A stretch of 42,256 nt of DNA, taken from the IMG/VR virus record IMGVR_UViG_3300046739_000063, positions 1 to 42,256 of that record; one strand, written 5' to 3'. Positions 16,796 through 25,674 of the stretch are shown here, piece after piece. The notes beneath the pieces are model-generated. The model worked only from the letters and a program-made list of their open reading frames with translations, was not told where the DNA came from and searched no databases. The translations under genes were made by a program, and so were the position numbers. How positions within the stretch are numbered: position 1 is the stretch's first letter; each line of letters begins with the position of its first letter. The DNA comes from a virus. Lineage: Duplodnaviria; Caudoviricetes.

Positions 16796-17043
16796 ACCTG
16801 CAACTATTAACCCACGAACCCGCACCAACACCCTGGATACCCAATGGCCGAACCATGGCTGGCCGCAGAGAGATCAAGGCCCAGGTCGAGAGATGGTTTA
16901 AGATCGGATTGATCAGGCCAGCCAGGCCAGCGCCACCCATCAGGCGGGTGTTGGGCAAATACGATCTGAACGGCCTTTGTTGTAAACAAAGTTACACAAT
17001 CTGCAGCGCACCTATTCCATCCAAAGCCCCGCCTGTGGTATAG
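16792..17043 (+). CDS. Hypothetical protein (83 aa)
   Basis: Fills the terL-portal gap; coupled start. Confidence 0.45.
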   Translation: MNLQLLTHEPAPTPWIPNGRTMAGRREIKAQVERWFKIGLIRPARPAPPIRRVLGKYDLNGLCCKQSYTICSAPIPSKAPPVV

Positions 17044-17052
17044 CCGTGCCAG

Positions 17053-18744
17053 ATGCGGCTGTTTGGCTATGATCTTCGCAACCCTTTTCTAAGGGCCAGA
17101 AGCCCCAATCTTCCCCCGCGCGGCTCTGACCAGCAGTTAGCCGACATCCTCCCTCCGTTCGGCACAAACCCGCCTCAAGGCCCAATCCACACCGCCAGTT
17201 ATGAGATGGGCGATAGGCTCATCCATAACGATCCGCGCGAGCTTTGGTATCTGGCCCTGCCATCCAAGCTTACACCGCAACAGGTTACGAACATCCTGCG
17301 CGCGGCCCTGGGTGGCGACGTCTGGCAGCAATGGCAGCTCCTGAGCCTGATGATGGACACATGGCCAATGCTCAGGAAGTGTGCGTTTGAGGTGTTGAGT
17401 GCAGTATCCACCTCTAAATACATCGTTCGTCCTTATTGCGAACCTGGAGAAGATCCAACCGATACGGCTCTTGAAAAGGCCGATCTGGTGCAAAGGGCTG
17501 TCGCCGGCATGGCCCCTAACCCATTCAATGATGAAACCGGATTCTCCGGAATGGTATTCGACCTGTGCGATGCGATGCTCAACGGGTTGGCCATGACGGA
17601 ACTGATGTGGCAGGAGGTCCAGGGCGAGTTGATGCCGCGCGCGAGTGCCTGGGTGCATCCCCGGCATTTCACATTCGGCAATGATGGAGTGCTGAACATC
17701 TTCGACGAGACATACCACAGGCTGAACTTTCAACTGGCTCAGAACCCCGGCCAGATGCCTGACCCGAACAAGTTCTTATGCGCCCAGTTTAAGAGCCGGA
17801 GCGGATCAAGCCTTGGCAACGGCCTGATGCGGCCGCTGGCCTGGTATTGGTCTGCCATCGTGTTCAATCGGGAATGGATGCTCGAAGTGGCCCAGAAATA
17901 CGGGTCCATGTTCCTGGACATGACATACAAACCCGGCACACCACAGGCCGAGGTGGATAAAATGAACAGTTTCCTGAACAAAGCGGCTATCAGAGGCTGG
18001 ATGACGCATGTGGAGGGATCGGTCATCAATGTTACTCCTGCTGCCGCTATGGGGCCGGACAATCCCCAGGTCCACATCATCAAAGCCGCCGATGAAGCCT
18101 GCCAACTGCTGTTGCTGGGCCAGACCGCTACGACCAGCCCGACACCGGGCAAGTTGGGCAATGACCAAAGCCACATGGAGGTCAAGCGCGAGCATATCGA
18201 GAGGATTGCTAAATGGATTTCACCGTCAGTGCTCACCAATCAGTTCAGCCGTGCCATCGTGCGCGTTAATTACTTCGGAACTCAGAACCCATTCGCTGTA
18301 GTCACCGAGATACCATCTGTAGACGCCGACTTCACCGAGGCAACAGACCCGCTCACAGAAGCGCAGCGCGACCAGATATTCCTTACTGCCGAGGTGCCAT
18401 TGGGCGAGGAAGAGTTTTACAAGCGGCACAACCTTGCCATGCCTGAGCCTGATGACCGCGTGATCGTGGGTGGCAAGGTCGGGACCATGGACGAGATCAA
18501 GCAGGAAGCTGCTGATGCACTTGCCGCACAACAGCAGCCCAAACTCGATGCGAACGGCAAGCCAATGACACAGCCCCAGGACGATCCGTTGCGTAAAGCC
18601 GTGGCCAAAGCCAGCACTGAGGATGTGCAGGAGCTGCATCGGCTCATTGTGGCCGCCAAACAGGCCAAGCACATGAACGGCGAACTTGAGGCAGTCGAAA
18701 TCAAGATCAAACAGATTAAGAAAGGCGCTTATGCCAGATCCTGA
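17053..18744 (+). CDS. Portal protein, Mu gp29/DUF935-like
   Basis: DAMLNGLAMTELMW, GNGLMRPLAWYW, WMLEVAQKYG, LLLGQTATT...GKLG. Confidence 0.92.
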   Translation: MRLFGYDLRNPFLRARSPNLPPRGSDQQLADILPPFGTNPPQGPIHTASYEMGDRLIHNDPRELWYLALPSKLTPQQVTNILRAALGGDVWQQWQLLSLMMDTWPMLRKCAFEVLSAVSTSKYIVRPYCEPGEDPTDTALEKADLVQRAVAGMAPNPFNDETGFSGMVFDLCDAMLNGLAMTELMWQEVQGELMPRASAWVHPRHFTFGNDGVLNIFDETYHRLNFQLAQNPGQMPDPNKFLCAQFKSRSGSSLGNGLMRPLAWYWSAIVFNREWMLEVAQKYGSMFLDMTYKPGTPQAEVDKMNSFLNKAAIRGWMTHVEGSVINVTPAAAMGPDNPQVHIIKAADEACQLLLLGQTATTSPTPGKLGNDQSHMEVKREHIERIAKWISPSVLTNQFSRAIVRVNYFGTQNPFAVVTEIPSVDADFTEATDPLTEAQRDQIFLTAEVPLGEEEFYKRHNLAMPEPDDRVIVGGKVGTMDEIKQEAADALAAQQQPKLDANGKPMTQPQDDPLRKAVAKASTEDVQELHRLIVAAKQAKHMNGELEAVEIKIKQIKKGAYARS

Positions 18745-21466
18745 ACCTATTCAAGCCAAGGGCACCGCACCCGGCGCCAAGAAGGCCAACGCCACGCGCA
18801 AGACCGCAGCGGCTGATTCATCCAGCACCGACGCCCACGAGGCCAGCGCAAAGGCACACGACACCGATGCGCCCGACGATCACAAGGCCGCGGCTGATGC
18901 CCACCAGAAGGCTTACGACAAGCACGAAACGGCCTACAAAGCCAACGCCAAGGCCGGTAATGACGATGCCATGGATCATCACATGGCAGCCATGAGCGGT
19001 CACAAGGCCATGGTTGGGGTGCATTCTGATGGGGATGATGACGATGATGACGCCAAGGCCAAGGGCGGGGCAACCAATGGCATTGTCCATTGCGAGGGTT
19101 CCTCAGCCACATTCGAGGAAACACCCACAGGCGAGCTTCAATGGATGCCAGGCGGTGTAACCACGGTTACGGCCAATTACGATGGCAAGCCCATCCAATT
19201 GACCGTCCAATGCACGCAGGACAGCGCCAGGACCGTCGCTGACTCGTTCGAGAGGTGTATCAAGGCCAGCCCGCGCCGGCCTCCATACGGCTGCGTGGAG
19301 CACAGGGAAGAGGAAGCAGCATTCCATCCCAAAGGCTTTACATGGAAGGATCAGCCTGAGCCTGGAATCTATTGTTCAGCCGAATGGACCACTCTGGGCC
19401 TGCGTAATGTCCGGGGAAAGATTCACACCAGCTTTTCACCCAGTTTCGCCACAGACGCCGAATACACCAAGGGCAGTCTGCGTGATGGTGTCCTGACATT
19501 TCCCGATGGTGTGAAAGGCAGCGAAAGTAATCCTGCCAACATCACCGGGGTTAGCCATAAGTCGGTTGGTAGCTTAACCAACTGGCCGGCATTCAAGAAC
19601 ATTTTGCCCGTCCGGGCGAAACAGGCCGAACCGCAGCCTGAAACAACAAACGCGGGTCAAATCACAGGTCTAAAAATGAGAGTCAAACTACTCAAGGCCC
19701 GCGGATCAAACACTGCGGGGACATACCTCGAACTGGAAGATAACGACGCCGTTAAGGCTGTCGCTTCAGGCGAGGCCATGCCGGAACATGCGGCTCAGGC
19801 TATTGAAGCCAGGGACGCCGAACTAGTCACAATCAAAGCCAAACAAACCGAGTCCGACAAGAGCCGGATCGTCGAGGCGATTGACCGCGGCGTGAAGCGC
19901 GGCGCATTGCTGCCCAAGGGCACGGATGCCAAGAGCCAGGAAACGATCAAGGCCACCCAGTTTGACAGGCTGCTCAAGGGCGCCGATGTCAACCTGCTCA
20001 TTGAGATGCTGGACAACATGCCGCAGGTCACAAATCCTGAAGGGCTGACCGGGCGCCGGATTCAGGCAGAGAATGGGAGTGTTGATAAGCACGTATTCGG
20101 CGGTGAACCGACCGCTGCTGAGGTGGTCGAGAAGATCATCAGCGCGTCAGGTAAGGACAGGATTGGATCAGCAATCGGAGCATGTCACCGCCCGTTATCG
20201 CTTCAACAGGGCGGGTCGAGCCTGAGCGATATACAAGCCGCCGCCGCTGAATCCTTGGATAATGCCAGACTGCTAAAAGCCCATGTGCTCGATGCTTACA
20301 ACAAGCAGGGCGACTGGGCATTGCGCCAGATGGTTCGCGCCATCAGCGATGTAACCGACCCCAATACTCAGGTTGGCACGCTGTCCAGCACGCTCGTTCT
20401 GATGAGGAACCTTGGCTACCTGAAGAACAAGCTAAACTTCATGCCTTACATCAGCACCGACCTGCGGGCCGAACCGGCGAGGTATGGCCAGTCTGTTCTG
20501 ACTCGTTACATTACGCCGCCCAATGTGCTAACCTACGTGCCCGGCACTGGTTACACCTCGGATGCGACTGCGATCAGCAATTACATCGCCAACCTCGGCA
20601 CGAACAAGGCCAACATTGGAACCTCGGTTTCAGGTGTGGCTGCTGATGTGGCCGGAACTCACACACTCAGCGCCCCAAGCACAACGGATGTGCCTGTCAT
20701 CATCAACAACCATACGGGTGTTGAGATCAGGTTCCCGACGAGCACAATCGGAGCAACTGTCCGTAACCTGTTCGCGGAACAGCAGGGCGCACAGATGTAT
20801 TCACTGGCCGAGTTCATCAACAAGGTATTCCTGGCAACGGTATTCAGCGCCACCTGGAACGGTATCAGTGCCACGGCGCTTCCGCTGGGCGGTAACACGT
20901 TCGGACTGTCTGGTGTGGTGAAGATCAAGAACAAGTTCTCGATCAACAAGATGCCTGACACCGGGCGCTTCGCGGTCTTGCACTCGGTCTATCACGACAA
21001 CATTCTGACTGATGCCAGCCTGCTCACTGCCAAGGCAATCCTGGCCGTGAATGGTGGCGAGAGCGACTTCGAGACCGGCGAACTTCCGACGTTGTTCGGG
21101 ATCAAGGTTCTGGAAAGCCAGCTCGCGGCATACAAATCGGCTGGATCAGTGGCTGCGGCCTTTACCGGGCTGGTGACGCCTACCGATCCGACGACCATTG
21201 CTGCTGTTGCTCCTGACGGCATCGGGTTTGCGGGTAACTCAGCCTCGGCCCTGTTCGTGGCTCGTTTGCCGCAGGATTATACCACGGTCCTTCCCAACAT
21301 CCCGGCCACAGCAGCAATCGAGATCGTGACCGAACCGGACAGCGGGTTGTCTCTCCTGTTCACCAAGTACGTGGATCATTCGCTGGCCGAAGTGAAGGCG
21401 CGCTGCGCCATCATGTTTGGTTTCGCGCAAGGCGATCCTCGGCAGGGTTTCGTTCTGACACCATAA
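18731..21466 (+). CDS. Fused Mu I-like prohead protease, scaffold and major capsid protein (911 aa)
   Basis: Protease motifs AEWTTLG, SFSPSF, SLTNWPAF; helical middle region; C-terminal P22-coat-like domain (STDLRAEPARYGQSV, MPDTGRFAVL, PTLFGIKVLES). Confidence 0.88.
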   Translation: MPDPEPIQAKGTAPGAKKANATRKTAAADSSSTDAHEASAKAHDTDAPDDHKAAADAHQKAYDKHETAYKANAKAGNDDAMDHHMAAMSGHKAMVGVHSDGDDDDDDAKAKGGATNGIVHCEGSSATFEETPTGELQWMPGGVTTVTANYDGKPIQLTVQCTQDSARTVADSFERCIKASPRRPPYGCVEHREEEAAFHPKGFTWKDQPEPGIYCSAEWTTLGLRNVRGKIHTSFSPSFATDAEYTKGSLRDGVLTFPDGVKGSESNPANITGVSHKSVGSLTNWPAFKNILPVRAKQAEPQPETTNAGQITGLKMRVKLLKARGSNTAGTYLELEDNDAVKAVASGEAMPEHAAQAIEARDAELVTIKAKQTESDKSRIVEAIDRGVKRGALLPKGTDAKSQETIKATQFDRLLKGADVNLLIEMLDNMPQVTNPEGLTGRRIQAENGSVDKHVFGGEPTAAEVVEKIISASGKDRIGSAIGACHRPLSLQQGGSSLSDIQAAAAESLDNARLLKAHVLDAYNKQGDWALRQMVRAISDVTDPNTQVGTLSSTLVLMRNLGYLKNKLNFMPYISTDLRAEPARYGQSVLTRYITPPNVLTYVPGTGYTSDATAISNYIANLGTNKANIGTSVSGVAADVAGTHTLSAPSTTDVPVIINNHTGVEIRFPTSTIGATVRNLFAEQQGAQMYSLAEFINKVFLATVFSATWNGISATALPLGGNTFGLSGVVKIKNKFSINKMPDTGRFAVLHSVYHDNILTDASLLTAKAILAVNGGESDFETGELPTLFGIKVLESQLAAYKSAGSVAAAFTGLVTPTDPTTIAAVAPDGIGFAGNSASALFVARLPQDYTTVLPNIPATAAIEIVTEPDSGLSLLFTKYVDHSLAEVKARCAIMFGFAQGDPRQGFVLTP

Positions 21467-21502
21467 CCAGTCCCAAACACAATCAACAGAAAGATCAATA
21501 CA

Positions 21503-22012
21503 ATGAAAAAGAATCTGTTCACAGTTCTCGGGTTGCTTGGGGCTGCCACGGGTGTAGCATACCTGCTGGCGTTCCTGTCATCCTCGATGCACGCTCAACC
21601 CGCCCCCGGAGGCGGGATCATCGGCACACCATCCACTCTCATTCTGAGTGGGTCTGGAAACTGGACCAACCGCATTGCGGCGTCCACCTCTGTTACCAAC
21701 ACGGTGAGATACGACACTGGAAACGCCCTAAATGTCTATGTGCAATGGGCGCTACAGGCCACCACGGTAGGGCCGACCAATTGCACATTGGAAATCCGGC
21801 GCAGCGTGGACGGCGTATATGCAAACGCTGAGCTCTGTTGCCTGCTCACGAACACGACCAGCGCAACGGCACTGACCACGACATACGTTTACACGAACCT
21901 AAACGGGAATGTGACGGTGGGGGGCGCCAAGTATCTGTTCTTCAACATCATGAGCAACGCCACGGCTGGCGGGTTCCTGACGAACTATTCCGTTACAGTC
22001 AATTCCAAATAA
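21503..22012 (+). CDS. Signal-peptide-bearing beta-rich protein in the capsid-decoration position
   Basis: MKK plus hydrophobic stretch plus MHA-Q; directly after the capsid gene; 6 TN dipeptides. Confidence 0.75.
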   Translation: MKKNLFTVLGLLGAATGVAYLLAFLSSSMHAQPAPGGGIIGTPSTLILSGSGNWTNRIAASTSVTNTVRYDTGNALNVYVQWALQATTVGPTNCTLEIRRSVDGVYANAELCCLLTNTTSATALTTTYVYTNLNGNVTVGGAKYLFFNIMSNATAGGFLTNYSVTVNSK

Positions 22013-22026
22013 CTTCTCTCGGGCAC

Positions 22027-22069
22027 GCCGCGCGTTGGGGTTATACGGGTTCTCCGACGCGCGGCTCTT
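22027..22069 (+). terminator. GC-rich hairpin after the capsid genes
   Basis: 14-bp stem 22027-22040/22052-22065; short TCTT tail, so possibly a stabilising hairpin. Confidence 0.5.
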
Positions 22070-22074
22070 AGACT

Positions 22075-22602
22075 ATGCCAAATCCAGGGCAACCGTGGGT
22101 GGTAGTGACAGCCGATAGCATACAGACTTGGCTATCAGCCACGCCTGTCAACGCGGCTAACGAGACAGACCCATCCGGCCTGAACAGGTTGGAACAGGTC
22201 TTGATTGATGTGGTTGAGCGGATCAGGGGCACGATCCTGACCGCCGGCCGCATCCCATTGAGCCTGACACAAGGTCCGGTATCCCAGGACTCGAAGTTCA
22301 ATGTCAAGTCTGTGCCACCTGAAGGCAGGCAACACACCAAGGTATTGACCGCGGCAAGTGCTGTGGCAGCCATACCTACGCTGTGGGCATTCTGCGAGTC
22401 CGATGTATTCAAGCGCCAACTGGATGCGGCTGAGAAGTGGATTACGGACGTCCAGGAGGGCGCCTCAGTCACGTTGCCAGTTGATCCTGACCCAGACACA
22501 ACCCCGAGCGGCACTGAATGGGGAGATTATAGCGGTCAGGAGGTTAACGGGGTTGGCGGCTTGATAGACATGAGCACGGACCAGGCGATACCGGCCACAT
22601 GA
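22075..22602 (+). CDS. Head-tail adaptor, Mu gp36/DUF1320-like
   Basis: VVERIRGTI...VPPE...AAEKWITDVQEG; position after the capsid genes. Confidence 0.7.
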   Translation: MPNPGQPWVVVTADSIQTWLSATPVNAANETDPSGLNRLEQVLIDVVERIRGTILTAGRIPLSLTQGPVSQDSKFNVKSVPPEGRQHTKVLTAASAVAAIPTLWAFCESDVFKRQLDAAEKWITDVQEGASVTLPVDPDPDTTPSGTEWGDYSGQEVNGVGGLIDMSTDQAIPAT

Positions 22603-23759
22603 AGCCAGACATGGACATCACAATCGAAGATCAGGCTCAGGACGTCCTGGGCCGGATCCAGCGCATTGTTGATGAGGAATTGATCGTCCGCGCGGTCAAC
22701 CAGTTCCCGGCCAAGCCTGACACCCGGAACATTGCCCATGCCAAACGGGTCATCCTGCGACATGCCCAGCTTCAGAGCGTTGGCAACTGGATTCAAAGCC
22801 GGGTGGATAGGCGCCTGTCCAAACTTGAGGATGAACTTGTCAGCGAAACACGGAGCATTGACCCGACTGAGGATGAGGCCAGAACCGAACGGCTACTTGC
22901 GGTGGCAGACAAGAGCATCCATGCGGCGTTCGATGACATTCGTAAGCAGGTTGAGAAAGATGCCATCGGCGCGGCCGAGATCGTGGCCGAACGCGCAGCC
23001 AAGAACCTGAAGGATCATCACGGCATCAAGGCTGAGGCTCCAGAGCTTGACCATTTCAGCGATGTGCCGGTCCTGGGCCTGACGCTGCAGGAACACCTCT
23101 CAAAGCTGGCCGACGATGCTCTGGTTAGGTTCACGGCCGCTATTCGTGCCGGGGTCCAAGCTGGTGACACCCTGGCCCAACTCGTTGCGCGGATAGAAGG
23201 CAATGGCCAGTCTGTGACCGCCAGCGAGCCAGTCAAGGCCGATGACGCCACATCATTTCTGATCCGATTGCGCCTCATGGATGCCAGCGAGATGAGCGTC
23301 AACAAGGTCATCCAGGCCGCTCTGACCATGTTCGCTAACAATGCCGAGCAAGAGGTTCTGGAAGGATCAGACGAGGAGGATGAAGATGGCGAAGAAGTCA
23401 ACATGGGCTGGCAATGGATGGCGATTCTGGATCAGGCCACATGCCCACAATGCGAGTTCTACGATGGCAACCGATGGGATTCGGAGTTTGAGCCGGTGGA
23501 TGATGCGCCGGAGTTTCCTGATGAACCGCCGCTTCACTTCAACTGCCGTTGCAGTCTTGTCCCTTCCAACCTCGACGATGACCCCGAGAAAACACCCGAC
23601 TTCGAGCATGTCCTTAATGGTTACACGCGCAAAGAAAAGCTCGAAGCGTTTGGTGAACAGGCATACACCGCATTTCAAAGAGGGGATATAACAGCGAATC
23701 AGCTTATAGGGCAGAGAACAAACCTATTGAGTCTGAAAGCGTTCGGGGAGGCCGAATGA
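22599..23759 (+). CDS. Minor head protein, Mu gpF/SPP1 gp7 family
   Basis: WMAILDQATCPQC...PPLHFNCRCSLVP. Confidence 0.9.
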   Translation: MKPDMDITIEDQAQDVLGRIQRIVDEELIVRAVNQFPAKPDTRNIAHAKRVILRHAQLQSVGNWIQSRVDRRLSKLEDELVSETRSIDPTEDEARTERLLAVADKSIHAAFDDIRKQVEKDAIGAAEIVAERAAKNLKDHHGIKAEAPELDHFSDVPVLGLTLQEHLSKLADDALVRFTAAIRAGVQAGDTLAQLVARIEGNGQSVTASEPVKADDATSFLIRLRLMDASEMSVNKVIQAALTMFANNAEQEVLEGSDEEDEDGEEVNMGWQWMAILDQATCPQCEFYDGNRWDSEFEPVDDAPEFPDEPPLHFNCRCSLVPSNLDDDPEKTPDFEHVLNGYTRKEKLEAFGEQAYTAFQRGDITANQLIGQRTNLLSLKAFGEAE

Positions 23760-23836
23760 TTGCTCTTGGAATATTCATCGTGCTGGCTTTCTTCGCCGGG
23801 CTATGGGTTGGCACCCAAATGAAAGGGAAACCATAA
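23756..23836 (+). CDS. 26-aa single-TM microprotein MIALGIFIVLAFFAGLWVGTQMKGKP
   Basis: ATGA-coupled upstream and TAATG-coupled downstream. Confidence 0.55.
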   Translation: MIALGIFIVLAFFAGLWVGTQMKGKP

Positions 23837-24456
23837 TGGGACCGGACATGGAAATAAACGTCCTGAGAGACACAGCCACGGCTGCGGTTTCCGATCTGCG
23901 TCACAAGATCACATCGGAGCAACTCAAAAAACGTGTTGGCAATGATTGCGTGGAGCTAACCCAAGAACATCTCAAGGCACTTGACCCAAATAAAAACAAC
24001 TGGCCGACAACTGGCTTTTATGCCGGGGCAGCGGACGGAACAGATTTTGATATTCTGGACGACGGCATCCTGATCTACGTTGACAACAAGAACGCAAAAG
24101 GAGCCATGCGGCAGCGGTTCCATGGCGGCACGATCAACAAGCGGGACAAGATGCTGACCATACCCGCGCGCGCGGAGTTCTACGGCATGAAAGCCACGGA
24201 CTTTACCAACCTGCGCCTGGCCATATTCGGCAGGGGGGTTCTGGCCCTGGTCATTGGCGAGGGAGGCACAGGTAAGGTTAATTTCAGGACTGGAAAAGAA
24301 AGGGCCGTGGCAGGCGCAAGCTCTCGACAGGCATCAATGGTCGCATTCTGGCTGCGCGACTCGGTTCATCAAGACCCTGACCCTGACGTTATTCCAACCA
24401 GATCGCAATATGTTGGCACTGCCATTGACTCGATTATGGAGCTTATAAAAGAATAG
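23836..24456 (+). CDS. Virion morphogenesis protein (Mu gpG-like)
   Basis: RQRFHGGTINKRDKMLTIP motif; position in the neck module. Confidence 0.65.
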   Translation: MGPDMEINVLRDTATAAVSDLRHKITSEQLKKRVGNDCVELTQEHLKALDPNKNNWPTTGFYAGAADGTDFDILDDGILIYVDNKNAKGAMRQRFHGGTINKRDKMLTIPARAEFYGMKATDFTNLRLAIFGRGVLALVIGEGGTGKVNFRTGKERAVAGASSRQASMVAFWLRDSVHQDPDPDVIPTRSQYVGTAIDSIMELIKE

Positions 24457-24462
24457 AAGTGA

Positions 24463-25143
24463 ATGCTCGACCTCGTTCAAGCTCAAAAAGACCTGACCGC
24501 CCTCGGCGCATCGTCGGATCAGCTCATCTCGGTGGGCGTGGTGTCCTATCGCCAGCTTCGGATAGACAACGAGACGGATACACGCAAGGTGCTGACCAGC
24601 GCACGCAATGGCCGAACCGGAGCAGGGCTGATCGTCTGTATGCCAGAGGCTTCACAGAAGGAGAAGAACATCACCGGCCCGGTGCTGGACTGGGTATTCC
24701 CTTTGGTCTGCATGGAGCAGCCTTTCATCAACATGGATAAGGTTAACGGCACATTAATTCCATGCGAGGAACTGGCTCAACGGGTCATGGACATCTATCA
24801 CCTGTTCGCGGACGAACTGTATGGCCAGTTTTACATTGGGGAAAAGGCTGTGCAGGAAGAGAAGAACCTTACCAGCGTGTTCCCGGGCTGTATCGGGCTG
24901 CGGGTCAATCTGTATCTCAAGGGCAGAAGCCAGCAGATCCTGAGACTTGCGCCCACGATATTTTCCTATGACCGATTGACTGGCATCCTGACTCTTTCAT
25001 GTGCCACACCGGGCGCGACAATCAAATACACTTTGGATGGGAGCTTCCCAGCGGCCGACATAGCCAACAACCCATCTTCATTCCATTACACCGGGCCTTT
25101 CTATGTGGACCCAGGAATAACCGTGAGGGCCGCTGCATGGTAG
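24463..25143 (+). CDS. Putative tail completion protein with C-terminal chitobiase/FN3-associated domain
   Basis: LTLSCATPGATIKYTLDGS...YTGPF...TVRAAAW; domain appears cut by the TAG. Confidence 0.7.
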   Translation: MLDLVQAQKDLTALGASSDQLISVGVVSYRQLRIDNETDTRKVLTSARNGRTGAGLIVCMPEASQKEKNITGPVLDWVFPLVCMEQPFINMDKVNGTLIPCEELAQRVMDIYHLFADELYGQFYIGEKAVQEEKNLTSVFPGCIGLRVNLYLKGRSQQILRLAPTIFSYDRLTGILTLSCATPGATIKYTLDGSFPAADIANNPSSFHYTGPFYVDPGITVRAAAW

Positions 25144-25673
25144 GCATGAACAATTCTCCGGTGCGATATTTCGTTACGCCAAGCCTTGCACAGGTGCTTT
25201 CGGGAACATCCAACCCGAACACGGTCAACGGTGATCCGACGATAGGGGCCGGTTCATGGCAGGAGATTTTCGGAGTCAATCTCCCCGCAGCAGCGGAGAG
25301 TTATTATCTGGACATCACCTCATCTGGTTACATTGACCCTCCAACGAATAGCATCTGGAACACGGTATTGACTTGGACTTTCCCGCCGTCAGTCGTCAGC
25401 GAAAACGTTCCCGGAGGTTCAACACTGAATGGAGATGTCGGCATTGTGGGATTGTTCATTCAGCGTTCCGCAAACGCAACCAATATGCCGAACCCAGCCG
25501 AGAACATATACGCCACGACGAATACCGCACCCGCTGCCGATCCAAACTGGACTACGATTTCAACGTACACCGGAGCTGGCGGGAATTTCCTTCCTACCAC
25601 ATACACAGATACAGCAGTCCCTAATCCGTGCTTCTCGTATCGAGTAATCCTGATCATGGAGCTTGTGCCCTGA
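25137..25673 (+). CDS. FN3-like virion protein, possibly a frameshifted continuation of the previous gene
   Basis: LTWT...FIQRS...WTTI...YTDT...SYRV; begins GMNNSPV. Confidence 0.6.
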   Translation: MVGMNNSPVRYFVTPSLAQVLSGTSNPNTVNGDPTIGAGSWQEIFGVNLPAAAESYYLDITSSGYIDPPTNSIWNTVLTWTFPPSVVSENVPGGSTLNGDVGIVGLFIQRSANATNMPNPAENIYATTNTAPAADPNWTTISTYTGAGGNFLPTTYTDTAVPNPCFSYRVILIMELVP

Positions 25674-25674
25674 T

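Noticed and set aside
17053-24456. Transposable Mu-like phage
   Set aside because: Head genes are Mu-like, but there is no MuA/MuB and replication is O/P-type.
25138-25148. Genome-wide TAG or TGA recoding
   Set aside because: Genes are long and tightly coupled under the standard code; this TAG is followed by an in-frame TGA and the continuation is in another frame.
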